Of a DNA stretch of 64,000 nt, positions 55,052 through 64,000 are shown one piece after another. The notes under the pieces were generated by a model. That model was not told the origin of the DNA and ran no database searches. It worked only from the letters and a program-made list of their open reading frames with translations. The position numbers were made by a program, and so were the translations under genes. Source of the DNA: Caldisericota bacterium (GTDB lineage: Bacteria > Caldisericota > Caldisericia > JAAYUI01); NCBI GenBank assembly GCA_029548865.1, contig JAKPMO010000002.1:160001-224000 (forward strand), written 5' to 3'. Position 1 is the first letter of the stretch. The number at the start of each line of letters is the position of its first letter.

Positions 55052-55130
55052 TGGTCTCAATCATAGGCCCACAAATGCACCTGTCAACTCAATACTTGAT
55101 TTGATCTGGCTAGGGTCTAGAATCTTTCTT

Positions 55131-55538
55131 GTGCCAAAAAGCAAGGCAAAAAAAATTACTATTGCCACCGGAAGGATAATGGTTTTTCTGGCTGTGCTTG
55201 CAGTGTTGTATTTTTTGCTCAGGCCCATAGCCCAGATTGATTACAGGGTTGCGAATTTGCTTACTGAAGCAAAAACCCTAGACGAATCCATTAACTCGCT
55301 TAAAAACGACATAAATACTGCTAAAAATGAGCTTGACATTAATCCGGGTGTTTACGAACGGCTGGCCAGAGAACAGTGGCAAATGGTCCATCCTGGTGAG
55401 ATGATATATATCTGCAAGGATGATGAAGGTAACAACATCTTATCGCAATCTAATCTTATATTCAGGGAAAGAACTGAGCAAAAAAAACCCAATCCATTTG
55501 TGATGCTTTGGAACTGGATTTTATCTTTATTTAGATAA
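55131..55538 (+). CDS. ftsB: Septum formation initiator FtsB/DivIC family
   Basis: One TM helix, coiled coil, ERLAREQWQMVHPGE. GTG start 7 nt after TTGATT-N16-TAGAAT. Confidence 0.75.
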   Translation: MPKSKAKKITIATGRIMVFLAVLAVLYFLLRPIAQIDYRVANLLTEAKTLDESINSLKNDINTAKNELDINPGVYERLAREQWQMVHPGEMIYICKDDEGNNILSQSNLIFRERTEQKKPNPFVMLWNWILSLFR

Positions 55539-55588
55539 AGCCCTTGTGTTTCGGGTAGATTTCATTAACATTTTTTGGAGTGCATTAG

Positions 55589-55664
55589 GGCGAGGTAGCT
55601 CAGCGGTCAGAGCACGCGGCTCATACCCGCGGTGTCGTGGGTCCGATTCCCACCCTCGCCACCA
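55589..55664 (+). tRNA. tRNA-Met (CAT), elongator type
   Basis: 76-nt cloverleaf with paired G1-C72, anticodon loop CTCATAC, CCA encoded. Confidence 0.9.
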
Positions 55665-55756
55665 TTTGTCTGGGTGATTCTGTCGTTAGGTTGTCGTTTT
55701 TTTGTTCACATCTAGCTATTGCATTTTTTTAATTGTTAGTATAGGATTTGGGCAAG

Positions 55757-56137
55757 ATGGCAAAACAAACAATGACGACTTTAGGAGAGTTTCTTAATCA
55801 GCAGCGGTTGCAAAAGAAAGTTACCTTCGCAGAACTTGCCAAGTCTTGCAGCATGGCTACGCCAACAATATGGAAAGTAATAAAAGACAAAGCAAGGCCC
55901 AAAGATTTGACACTCCAGGCGCTTTCTGAATCGCTGAACATTCCTTTGCAGGAATTATTCAGGATAAGGGACAAAACCCGCTACCCGTCCACCAAGAGAA
56001 GAACAAGAAGGGCCGCAGAAGAGATCTATCAAAATCAGTCAATTGGAAAAGAAGAACTAATGGAACTTATACAAAACTCCAAGATTTCCAACCAGACGAT
56101 TGAGGCAGTCTACGACCTGATCCAATCGATAGGCTGA
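55757..56137 (+). CDS. XRE family HTH regulator
   Basis: TLGEFL...R..KKVTFAELAK..M..PTIWKV....RP...TL..LSESLNIP..ELF. Confidence 0.8.
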   Translation: MAKQTMTTLGEFLNQQRLQKKVTFAELAKSCSMATPTIWKVIKDKARPKDLTLQALSESLNIPLQELFRIRDKTRYPSTKRRTRRAAEEIYQNQSIGKEELMELIQNSKISNQTIEAVYDLIQSIG

Positions 56138-59100
56138 TTAGTTCTCGGTTTTGATTCCCAAACGATTGCTGAAATTTTTTAGCTCTCTTTCGAGTATTGC
56201 AGTATTTTCTGATGATTCTGCTTTGTCTTCCAATCTTAATGATGATTCAAGATCAGTGATTATTCTAAAAAGATCTTCATCATAGGCCATCCCTTTTATT
56301 TCATGGGCGCATTTTGATGCTTTTTTGAGATCGTTTTCCTGTATGTGTTGTTTTATTTCTTTGATATTTTTTAGGCTTCCTGTAATATATTCCGCCATCA
56401 TCTCTTTTAATCTGGTTTTTTCTATCAACAGCTTCTCAGACAAGCATGACAGGGCATCTTTTTTTGATTCGGGGCTGGTTTTTGAGATTGCCTGTGCCAT
56501 TCCTGTGACCAAGTCGGCTATTTTTATCGGTTTTGACAGATAGCCATCCATCCCGCCTTCGAGGCATTTCTTTTTGTCATCCTCGGTGGCAAAAGCTGTT
56601 AACGCTATGATCGGCAATCTGGGTCCATGTTCCTTGTCTTCGTTGTATCTTATCTGCATTGTTGCGTCCAGCCCGGACAAGTCGGGCATCTGGATGTCCA
56701 TCAGGCAAACATCAAAATGGTTTTTGAGTGCCAGATTGACGGCAGCAAGGCTGGAGGTCGCAGAAACCATTTCGCAATGGATTGTTTTGGAAATTTCCTC
56801 CAGGAGGGCGATGTTCATCTTGTTGTCTTCGACCAGCAGGATCTTTTTATCCTCGATAGTCTTTAATGCTATTTCGTAGTTCCATGGGTAGAGCTTTGCG
56901 AGAGAAAAATAGATCGATTTTATAAAATCATCCTTGTTCGATTTGTTGCTGGCAAAACACGGAATGTCCTTTCCTATCGTTAATATGTTGCACTCTTTTG
57001 ACCATTTCTCAGACTGTTCGTCGTTTTTGGGGTTTTCTGTAATGATTAATCCTGATCCTTCAACCCAAATTGACTCCTCAACTGCTATGCCGACTTTTGC
57101 TAGGAGATTTGCAACAAGCTCTTTCAATTGCGGGGAGCTGATATGCAAGAATGCCCTGACCGGTGTTTGAATATTTTGTATAGTGGCACCTTCAGCCTTT
57201 GATAATGAGAGACCTATTACGAACGTGGTTCCATTTTTCTCATTTTCTATTGCCTTTATCGTTCCACCCATTGCATCCAGGATTCCCCTTGTGATTGCAA
57301 GGCCGAGTCCTGTTCCGCCAAAACGCCTGGAATATGACCCATCAACTTGCATGAACGCCTGGAATATTTTTTCCCTCATCTCCCAAGGGATTCCTATACC
57401 AGTATCACTTACTGAAATCTCGTAATCAATTTTTGATTTGGTCTCTTTTTTTGCTGCCACCTTGATTTCAATGTGGCCCTTTTTTGTGAATTTTGCTGCA
57501 TTATCAAGCAGATTCACCATCACTTGCCTGAGTTTTGGTGAATCAATGAGGCAGATCTTGTCAGAGCCAGCTCCAAATTCTACTTCTATTGAATTTTTTG
57601 AGAGTTCAGCTTTTGGTTTTACCAACAAAACAGATTCTTCCACAATATTTTTGATGCTGCCTGGGACAAGTGAAAGTTTCAGTTTCCCAGCCTCTATTTT
57701 TGTAATGTCCAAAATATCTGCGGTGATTGTGTTGATGGCATTTGCTGCCGTTGTGATGGCTGAGAGATAATTGCCAGATTCAGGTGAATTTGCATTTCTC
57801 TCAAGGAGCTCGACAAAACCAAGCAGTGCGTTCAGCGGAGTTCTGATCTCATGCGACATGTTTGCCAGAAATTCACTTTTTGCCCTGTTTGCTTCCTCGG
57901 CCATTTTTTTGGCCTCTTCGAGCTGGACCATAAATTCCCTTTGCTCTGTAATGTCGTGGGCCAAAATGAGTACCTGGTCATTACTATAAGGGACAGCCCT
58001 GGCTTCCCTGTATATTGTTTTGTTGTTTGTGTCCACCGAGTACTGGTAGATTTTCGTGGCACCTTCAACTATCGCTTTTTCAAGATTTTCCCTGGTTATT
58101 TTTGCAATGTTTTCTGGCAGGATTTCCTCAAGGGCCTTTCCTTTTGCATCAATGGGCATTATCAGGTCGCTTGCGTTGTCTGCTTTGTAATCAATGAGCT
58201 TTCCTGAAAAATCCACCCTAAAGATCATTTCTGGAATTGCCCTTAGGATTGCCCTGTTCTCGGATTCCCTTCTTCCCAGCTCCTCTTCATTGCGTTTGTT
58301 GTCAATGAAAGCCCCAATTGTTGCGGCCATGGTTTCCAATATTGATTCGTCGCTTTTTCTCCAGATCCTCTCATAGTTGAAATCGCTAAAACTAATTCCA
58401 CCCCAAAACTTTTTATCAACAAATATTGGCACTACAATAAAAGAAGAGATTTCCCTTTCCTCAAAAAATAGTTTTTCCCTGTCAGGCAGTTCCCTGACCA
58501 ATTTTTTTATTGTCTTCCCTTGGGACAGGGTATTAAAAAATTGCTCAAAATCAGGTTGAATTATGGCAATGCGCTTATTTTGTTGTGTAGTATTTGGTTT
58601 GTTCTTTCGCCATTCACCCAGCACAGAAACAACCAGTTTGCCAGACTCTTCATCTTTTATGAACTGGCTGAGATTTACCATGCCTATATCTGTTGATTCG
58701 CCGAGTGCGCCTATTGCCTGGGAAAGTGCCTCTTCGAGCGGGCCTTTTGTCATTAGCCTGTTGGTGGCGTTTGCAACACCCCTGAAGAGCCTTTCATGTA
58801 TGTCAGGATCAAACCTGGTTTTGTATCTCCTGGATTCATTGGCCATTGTTATGGAAAGCAGCGTCCTAACGTGTTCCAGCATTATCTTTTCATCATTGGT
58901 GGGGGTACGTCTTCTTGTGTCGAACATTACAAGGTCCCCCAGAATCAGATTGGAGACACTCAAAGGAAGTATTACGGCACCCTTGATTCCGTAGAGCTTT
59001 GCCAGTTTGTCCATTGGCCTTCGGATCATCGGTTCGTCCCAGAAATCGAAATTATCGCCCTTGTGGTATTCATTTTGCCACAGGCGAATTATTTCCATGG

Positions 59101-59272
59101 CATCGCTTGGCATGTTGTAGTGGATTACTGGCCCGATTTCTGAATCTATCGGAATAACAACACCTGACATGAAACCCATTGTGGAGCAGGCCACTTCAAG
59201 CGTCTTGGCGACAAACTTGTCAATTTCGAGTGATGGATCAATTGCAGATATTGCTTTGTAGAAATCTATCAT
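56138..59272 (-). CDS. Cytoplasmic hybrid histidine kinase (GAF-GAF-PAS-HisKA-HATPase-REC-Hpt)
   Basis: MSHEIRTPLN, NAAKFT, DTGIG, GTGLGL, EDN..MDIQMP..KP, AHEIKG. No TM segment. Confidence 0.92.
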   Translation of the reverse strand: MIDFYKAISAIDPSLEIDKFVAKTLEVACSTMGFMSGVVIPIDSEIGPVIHYNMPSDAMEIIRLWQNEYHKGDNFDFWDEPMIRRPMDKLAKLYGIKGAVILPLSVSNLILGDLVMFDTRRRTPTNDEKIMLEHVRTLLSITMANESRRYKTRFDPDIHERLFRGVANATNRLMTKGPLEEALSQAIGALGESTDIGMVNLSQFIKDEESGKLVVSVLGEWRKNKPNTTQQNKRIAIIQPDFEQFFNTLSQGKTIKKLVRELPDREKLFFEEREISSFIVVPIFVDKKFWGGISFSDFNYERIWRKSDESILETMAATIGAFIDNKRNEEELGRRESENRAILRAIPEMIFRVDFSGKLIDYKADNASDLIMPIDAKGKALEEILPENIAKITRENLEKAIVEGATKIYQYSVDTNNKTIYREARAVPYSNDQVLILAHDITEQREFMVQLEEAKKMAEEANRAKSEFLANMSHEIRTPLNALLGFVELLERNANSPESGNYLSAITTAANAINTITADILDITKIEAGKLKLSLVPGSIKNIVEESVLLVKPKAELSKNSIEVEFGAGSDKICLIDSPKLRQVMVNLLDNAAKFTKKGHIEIKVAAKKETKSKIDYEISVSDTGIGIPWEMREKIFQAFMQVDGSYSRRFGGTGLGLAITRGILDAMGGTIKAIENEKNGTTFVIGLSLSKAEGATIQNIQTPVRAFLHISSPQLKELVANLLAKVGIAVEESIWVEGSGLIITENPKNDEQSEKWSKECNILTIGKDIPCFASNKSNKDDFIKSIYFSLAKLYPWNYEIALKTIEDKKILLVEDNKMNIALLEEISKTIHCEMVSATSSLAAVNLALKNHFDVCLMDIQMPDLSGLDATMQIRYNEDKEHGPRLPIIALTAFATEDDKKKCLEGGMDGYLSKPIKIADLVTGMAQAISKTSPESKKDALSCLSEKLLIEKTRLKEMMAEYITGSLKNIKEIKQHIQENDLKKASKCAHEIKGMAYDEDLFRIITDLESSLRLEDKAESSENTAILERELKNFSNRLGIKTEN

Positions 59273-61821
59273 TGTCCCAGATAAGTTTCTTTTGGTTCTG
59301 CAAGAATTGTGGCCGTTCTGGTTTGCGCGTTCCACTCGACCCCAAATCCAAGCAGAGTCGATGCTGCCCTGAGTGGGATGAGGGTTCTTCCGTCAACAAT
59401 GAGCGGAGCATTCGTCAAAGTGACCTCCTCCGTATCGACAATGGCTTTTTTTGAGTTTATCACAAGATTCACATGTTTTGAAACTGCAACCAGCGAAACT
59501 GTTTTTGTTTTGGCGTCCCAGAGCGCTTTTCCACCCAAGGGCTCAACCAGATACCTTGCCGGTATATATGTGGAACCACCGATTATCTTGGGTTCAACAG
59601 TCATCTGGAGCTTTTCTTCCCCGAACTTCAATTCTTTGGAGCCGACCACAAAATCTATTTTATATGATGTCTTGAAAGGCGCAACTTTTTCACCGCCAGA
59701 GAGCCATGAAATGAACCCGATTACCTTTTCTCTGAACAATGCCATTTTGGCAGGATCAAGGACAAGCGAAAGTAGTCTCAATGATTGCCAGTTTCCGGTT
59801 CCAAGGGCTTCTGTCATTAGAGAGCCTGCTTTGACTGCTGAATCACCTTTGGACACCATCATTTTTGTATTCAACAGATCAAGCAATTGCCTGTCTTTAA
59901 GGCCCTCCAGCAAACACTCCCACCTGATGGAATGGAAGACATTGTATGATTCGTTTACATATGTCCACATTGAGTCGCCTGGCGTGTAGGAGCCATCGCC
60001 AAGCATCTGGTCAAAATCATTAAAGGGGTCTCCGTAATATTGCTGGTAGTTGCCAAAAGAAAGATATTTCAATCCATGTGTATAAGCGTAGGCACCGGCA
60101 AAAACTCTCGACTGGTGGGCCATTCCCCAGTGGGGCGATGGCTGGAAATTTACAATCACACCTTCGGGGAGTTTCCCTTGCCGTTGGATGACTGTATAGT
60201 CAATGACTGCCCAGTCAATTATTGGGAAATCAACCTGGGACTGGTCCGGCCACAATGTGAAGTGGCAGGCCGTTCTTGGCGTGGCGTTGATGGATGTGGC
60301 TATGGAAAACATTTCTTTTTGGCCATCATCGAGTTCGCTTGTGGTTTTTCCGATGTAGATTATAGGCTCAAGGCCAATCTTCCTTATGGTTGACAGCGAC
60401 TGCTCAAGTGACCTTGAAAGCTCGGATTTCAGTTCTTCTGGGGCTGATTTTTTTGCCAGCCCGTAGGCCTCGGTGATGTCCATGAAAAACCTGTTGAAGC
60501 CTGATGAAGAGGCCATTTTTGCAAGGTTTTCCAGTTTTGGCAGGTCCGGCATGTATGGTGGGTCAGAAACAAGCGGTACCGGCAAAACAACTGAATTCAC
60601 GCCTCTTGATGCCATTTCATCAAAGTCCGATTTGTAGCGCTTCCAGCCATCATCAGGGGAAACTTTTCCTTTTTGGACAAGCTTTATGTGGTTTGTGGCC
60701 TGGAACATCAGGCATTCCGGGTTTTTGGGGAGGTCGAGGTTCCATGCCCTAAGATTGATGGGCAGATAGAGGTCTTCGGTTGCGGCATTCTTGATTTTCA
60801 GGAGTCCCTTGAATATTCCTTCCTGGGATTGCTCGGGTAGGCTGAATTTTAGCCAGAAAAAGCCTGTCCTGCCTTCTGGTATCACAAGTTTTGAGTCTTT
60901 TGAGATATACTCGGCCATTTCAACTTTTTCGCTGACCGGCCCATTGATATTGAACCGTTTTTTCATGTATGAGACGGTGAAAAATTCAACATTTGCCTGC
61001 GCATTTCCCGAAACCAGCGGTTTATTGAGGGAAATCTCCACATCACCCAGGTTTACTCCACCAGTGATGGCGAGGACGAATGGTTCGGAGTGGCCCCTTA
61101 ACACATTCACATCGATTTTGGAGATGATGGATGATTTTGACGGTTGCAGGGTATTCTTGAAAACTGAAGTAATTGGCAGTGTCCAGAACATTACCTTTTC
61201 GGTGTAAAAAGTTTCAGGTGCAAACTCTGGGTTTGAATCCTGCGGCCTCCATTTGCCGTTGCCAATGTACATGGCATCGATTTTTATTTTGAACGGTTTT
61301 GATGCGTCTATAAGCATCCTCAGTTTGTACCTGGCCGGTAGCCCGTAATCCATCCCATCCGAGACCCCGAAGCGCTCCCACTGAAAACCATTACCGTATG
61401 TATTGCCTTTTTCAATGAAAACTGATTGCCTGTTTTGTGTTTTTGGTGACTGGGTATCAAGGTTTTCTGCCTCGAAGACAACTTCTGGCTTTTCACCAGC
61501 AACTGACCATGAAAGCCAGAGCTCCTCGAATGAGCAGATATTTTTTGAATCGACCATAAATTCTATGGGCAGATATTTCGAATCTGGTGTGAGCTTTGTG
61601 CCTTGCCCACCTGGTTTATAGTCGACAGAGAGATAGGTCGAGCTTGAGGCCTCTGGGTCAAAGCCGGAAGCAAAGGTGCAGTATAAATCGTAGGTGCCTG
61701 CGTAGGACATCTGGGTATCTTCCACCCACACACCGTTTGTGCCTGATGGTGAACTGAAGCTGGATGGGCAATATGGAAAGATTGTGACCAGAACAGTGGC
61801 AATGGCAAGTGTTCGTTTCAT
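59269..61821 (-). CDS. Secreted DUF4091/GH123-like protein with C-terminal copper amine oxidase N-terminal (stalk) domain
   Basis: Signal peptide, SIRWECLLEGLKD (DUF4091-like), C-terminal EPKIIGGSTYIPAR..W and APLIVDGRTLIPLR..VEW. Confidence 0.6.
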   Translation of the reverse strand: MKRTLAIATVLVTIFPYCPSSFSSPSGTNGVWVEDTQMSYAGTYDLYCTFASGFDPEASSSTYLSVDYKPGGQGTKLTPDSKYLPIEFMVDSKNICSFEELWLSWSVAGEKPEVVFEAENLDTQSPKTQNRQSVFIEKGNTYGNGFQWERFGVSDGMDYGLPARYKLRMLIDASKPFKIKIDAMYIGNGKWRPQDSNPEFAPETFYTEKVMFWTLPITSVFKNTLQPSKSSIISKIDVNVLRGHSEPFVLAITGGVNLGDVEISLNKPLVSGNAQANVEFFTVSYMKKRFNINGPVSEKVEMAEYISKDSKLVIPEGRTGFFWLKFSLPEQSQEGIFKGLLKIKNAATEDLYLPINLRAWNLDLPKNPECLMFQATNHIKLVQKGKVSPDDGWKRYKSDFDEMASRGVNSVVLPVPLVSDPPYMPDLPKLENLAKMASSSGFNRFFMDITEAYGLAKKSAPEELKSELSRSLEQSLSTIRKIGLEPIIYIGKTTSELDDGQKEMFSIATSINATPRTACHFTLWPDQSQVDFPIIDWAVIDYTVIQRQGKLPEGVIVNFQPSPHWGMAHQSRVFAGAYAYTHGLKYLSFGNYQQYYGDPFNDFDQMLGDGSYTPGDSMWTYVNESYNVFHSIRWECLLEGLKDRQLLDLLNTKMMVSKGDSAVKAGSLMTEALGTGNWQSLRLLSLVLDPAKMALFREKVIGFISWLSGGEKVAPFKTSYKIDFVVGSKELKFGEEKLQMTVEPKIIGGSTYIPARYLVEPLGGKALWDAKTKTVSLVAVSKHVNLVINSKKAIVDTEEVTLTNAPLIVDGRTLIPLRAASTLLGFGVEWNAQTRTATILAEPKETYLGQ

Positions 61822-62561
61822 GGCAGTCTCCCTGTGAGTATCATGCGCTGGGTCTGGAGTCCGTATGGTTTTCCGTCCCAGTCTCCAAGAAGTTTTATTT
61901 CCTGGAGGCCGCTTGCTTTTGCAAGCTGGATTATCTCTGTTGCAGTGTACATCCTGACGTGGCGTGTGTAGATTTTCTTTGTGCCGTTTTCAATGATTGT
62001 CCTGTTGCATTTTATCCTGCTTGTTTCCGGGTCAAACTTGTTTCTCTCAAGAATGATTGCCTCGTCCTTTGTCCTCCACTTCTCATGGATGAAGTTTTTC
62101 AGGATGTATTCCCTGTTTTCTAGGTCCATGAAGAATTTCCCGCCAGACCGCAGTGACCTTACCATCCTGAAGAAAATGTCCCTGTTTGTATCATCATCAA
62201 AGTATCCAAAAGAGACCCACAGGCAGCACGCAACATCAAACAGGCCCTCTTCCTGAAAATTTCTCATGTCCTGCTTGAAAAAGAATGCAGACACCAGACC
62301 GCAATCCAGCGCCTGCCGTGAGGCACAATTTATGTAGTAATCGTTGAAATCATAGCCAACAGAGAGGTAGCCCTTCTTTGCAAACTCGACCGTGTGCCTT
62401 CCGATGCCACAGCAGAAATCTGCAACTTCACAGGGGGGTGATATGCCAAGGACATTTTCTATGAAGGCAACCTGCGAAGAAGTCCTTTCCTCATCGACAG
62501 GTTCTAGAAAATATTTTGCATATGTTTCATCAAAGTAGTTATTTATCCAGTCCATTTTCAT
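61818..62561 (-). CDS. Class I SAM-dependent methyltransferase
   Basis: ADFCCGIGRH, QDMR, SFGYF, LRSGG. Confidence 0.88.
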   Translation of the reverse strand: MKMDWINNYFDETYAKYFLEPVDEERTSSQVAFIENVLGISPPCEVADFCCGIGRHTVEFAKKGYLSVGYDFNDYYINCASRQALDCGLVSAFFFKQDMRNFQEEGLFDVACCLWVSFGYFDDDTNRDIFFRMVRSLRSGGKFFMDLENREYILKNFIHEKWRTKDEAIILERNKFDPETSRIKCNRTIIENGTKKIYTRHVRMYTATEIIQLAKASGLQEIKLLGDWDGKPYGLQTQRMILTGRLP

Positions 62562-62644
62562 GCTCTAATGTAATTCCTTGCATTGCTAAATGCAACGAAC
62601 AGGCCGGTTGAAAAGAGGGACCACAAGCTATAATATCTTCTATT

Positions 62645-63985
62645 ATGCTTTCAGTTGAACCCAGACTTCCACCATTCGCGCTTGATATGGAACAGGCGAT
62701 ACTCTCGGGCATCATGATGGACGCTTCGGCGATCCCCCAGGTGACCGACTGGATAACTTCGCCTGAAGATTTCTATGAGCCACGCCATAAAATCCTGTAC
62801 GGAGCAATCCTTGAGCAGTATGAAGGTGGCAAACCTGTTGACTACCTTGCAATAGCAGAGAAGCTCAAGCAGGACAAAAAGCTTGAAAAAGCTGGCGGAA
62901 TCGAATATCTGTCAGAGCTCACAACGGCCCTGCCAACTGCCGCCGACCTTGGATACTACTCCCAAATAGTCAGGGAAAAATCGCTTCTAAGGAAGGTCAT
63001 CGAGGTTGGTGGAATACTCACGTCGAATGCCTATCAAGATGGTGTAAAGGCGGATGAACTCATCGACAGTGCCGAGAAACTCCTCTTTGAAGCGGCCGCC
63101 CACAAAAGCACTTTCTCGCACATCAGGGATTTGCTGGGCCCAGTATTGAAGAGGCTTGAAGCACTCTCAAAGACAAAAGCTGGCATAACGGGACTACCTT
63201 CAGGATTTTATGATCTGGACAAGCTTACTGCAGGGTTCCAGACATCTGATCTTATCATCCTTGCCGCGAGGCCTTCTGTCGGAAAATCCAGCTTGGGACT
63301 GAATATGGCGTGCAATGCCGCCTTGCGCTCTGGCAAACCCGTGGCCATCTTCTCGCTTGAAATGTCAAAAGAACAGCTCGTGGAGCGCATGATTGCCAGC
63401 GAGGCCAGGGTGAATGCTTCCGACATGAGAAGGGGCATGCTTGGTGATGATGCCTGGCCACGCATCGGCCATGTCATGAGCGAGCTCTACAATGCCCCGA
63501 TCTATATTGATGATTCGTTTGACCTCTCGGTCCTGGAGCTGAGGGCAAAGGCCAGAAAGCTAGCGAAAGAGGCCAATATAGGCATGATAATTGTGGACTA
63601 CCTCCAGCTACTCAGGACGCCACAGAAAACTGAAAACAGGGTGCAGGAAATCTCCCAGATGACGCGCTCGCTCAAGGCACTGGCAAGAGAACTAGACATA
63701 CCGGTTGTTGTGCAGTCCCAGCTCTCAAGGTCGGTGGAGCAGAGGCAGGACCGTCGTCCTGTCCTTTCAGACCTCAGGGAATCTGGCTCAATCGAGCAGG
63801 ATGCCGATGTTGTAATGTTCCTCTCGCACCCTGAAGCACAGAAGGAGCGCGATCTCAACATTATCGACCTTGTGCTTGCCAAGCAGAGGAATGGCCCGGT
63901 GGGCGTGATCAAGCTAAAATTTCTTCGCCAGTTCACGAGGTTCGAGAGCCTTGCCGCACCCGATGGGAACGATTTCGAAATCTGA
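62645..63985 (+). CDS. dnaB: Replicative DNA helicase
   Basis: AARPSVGKS, FSLEMS, VDYLQL, SQLSR, DLRESGSIEQDAD, KQRNGP. No intein. Confidence 0.98.
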   Translation: MLSVEPRLPPFALDMEQAILSGIMMDASAIPQVTDWITSPEDFYEPRHKILYGAILEQYEGGKPVDYLAIAEKLKQDKKLEKAGGIEYLSELTTALPTAADLGYYSQIVREKSLLRKVIEVGGILTSNAYQDGVKADELIDSAEKLLFEAAAHKSTFSHIRDLLGPVLKRLEALSKTKAGITGLPSGFYDLDKLTAGFQTSDLIILAARPSVGKSSLGLNMACNAALRSGKPVAIFSLEMSKEQLVERMIASEARVNASDMRRGMLGDDAWPRIGHVMSELYNAPIYIDDSFDLSVLELRAKARKLAKEANIGMIIVDYLQLLRTPQKTENRVQEISQMTRSLKALARELDIPVVVQSQLSRSVEQRQDRRPVLSDLRESGSIEQDADVVMFLSHPEAQKERDLNIIDLVLAKQRNGPVGVIKLKFLRQFTRFESLAAPDGNDFEI

Positions 63986-64000
63986 TGAACCGCACACCCC

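Noticed and set aside
55589..56137. tRNA-Met followed by an XRE gene as a prophage/ICE attachment site
   Set aside because: No integrase, no duplicated tRNA 3' end and no phage genes in the window.
1..64000. CRISPR arrays, IS elements, inteins (nrdJ, dnaB), rRNA, retron or defence genes
   Set aside because: I saw no spaced direct repeats or transposase/RT/nuclease motifs, and nrdJ and dnaB have normal lengths.

Overview
A 64-kb chromosomal window from an anaerobic, probably peptide-fermenting bacterium. Several secreted proteins carry copper-amine-oxidase-N ('stalk'), PQQ-propeller, cohesin or dockerin-like modules, which suggests a Caldisericota-like lineage (inference only). Core genes: maf, amrS, nfnAB, nrdJ, tRNA-Gln-glmU-prs-rplY, lplA, tRNA-Phe, iscSU, dxs, selA, nth, speD, rpsB-tsf-pyrH-frr-uppS-cdsA-dxr-rseP-ispG-hflX, pckA, a B12 mutase small subunit with meaB and cobO, ftsB, tRNA-Met and dnaB. 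I saw no CRISPR array, transposase, integrase or prophage. Main findings: (1) a persulfide/sulfur-relay regulon with a CstR-type repressor, an FAD oxidoreductase plus CCG-domain Fe-S protein, and a dsrE2-tusA-dsrE/F/H operon carrying a perfect CsoR-family operator, with no dsrC/tusE or dsrAB in the window; (2) a MerR/HspR-type regulator with a C-terminal C-x4-C-x5-C motif in the position normally held by IscR, heading iscS-iscU; (3) a non-cellulolytic cohesin/dockerin pair (dockerin-tagged M6 metalloprotease and a cohesin-bearing surface scaffold); (4) a recurring leaderless-gene promoter architecture (-10 box 7-8 nt before the start codon) at about eight genes. Most start codons were reassigned by hand from SD or promoter context and may differ from the ORF track.
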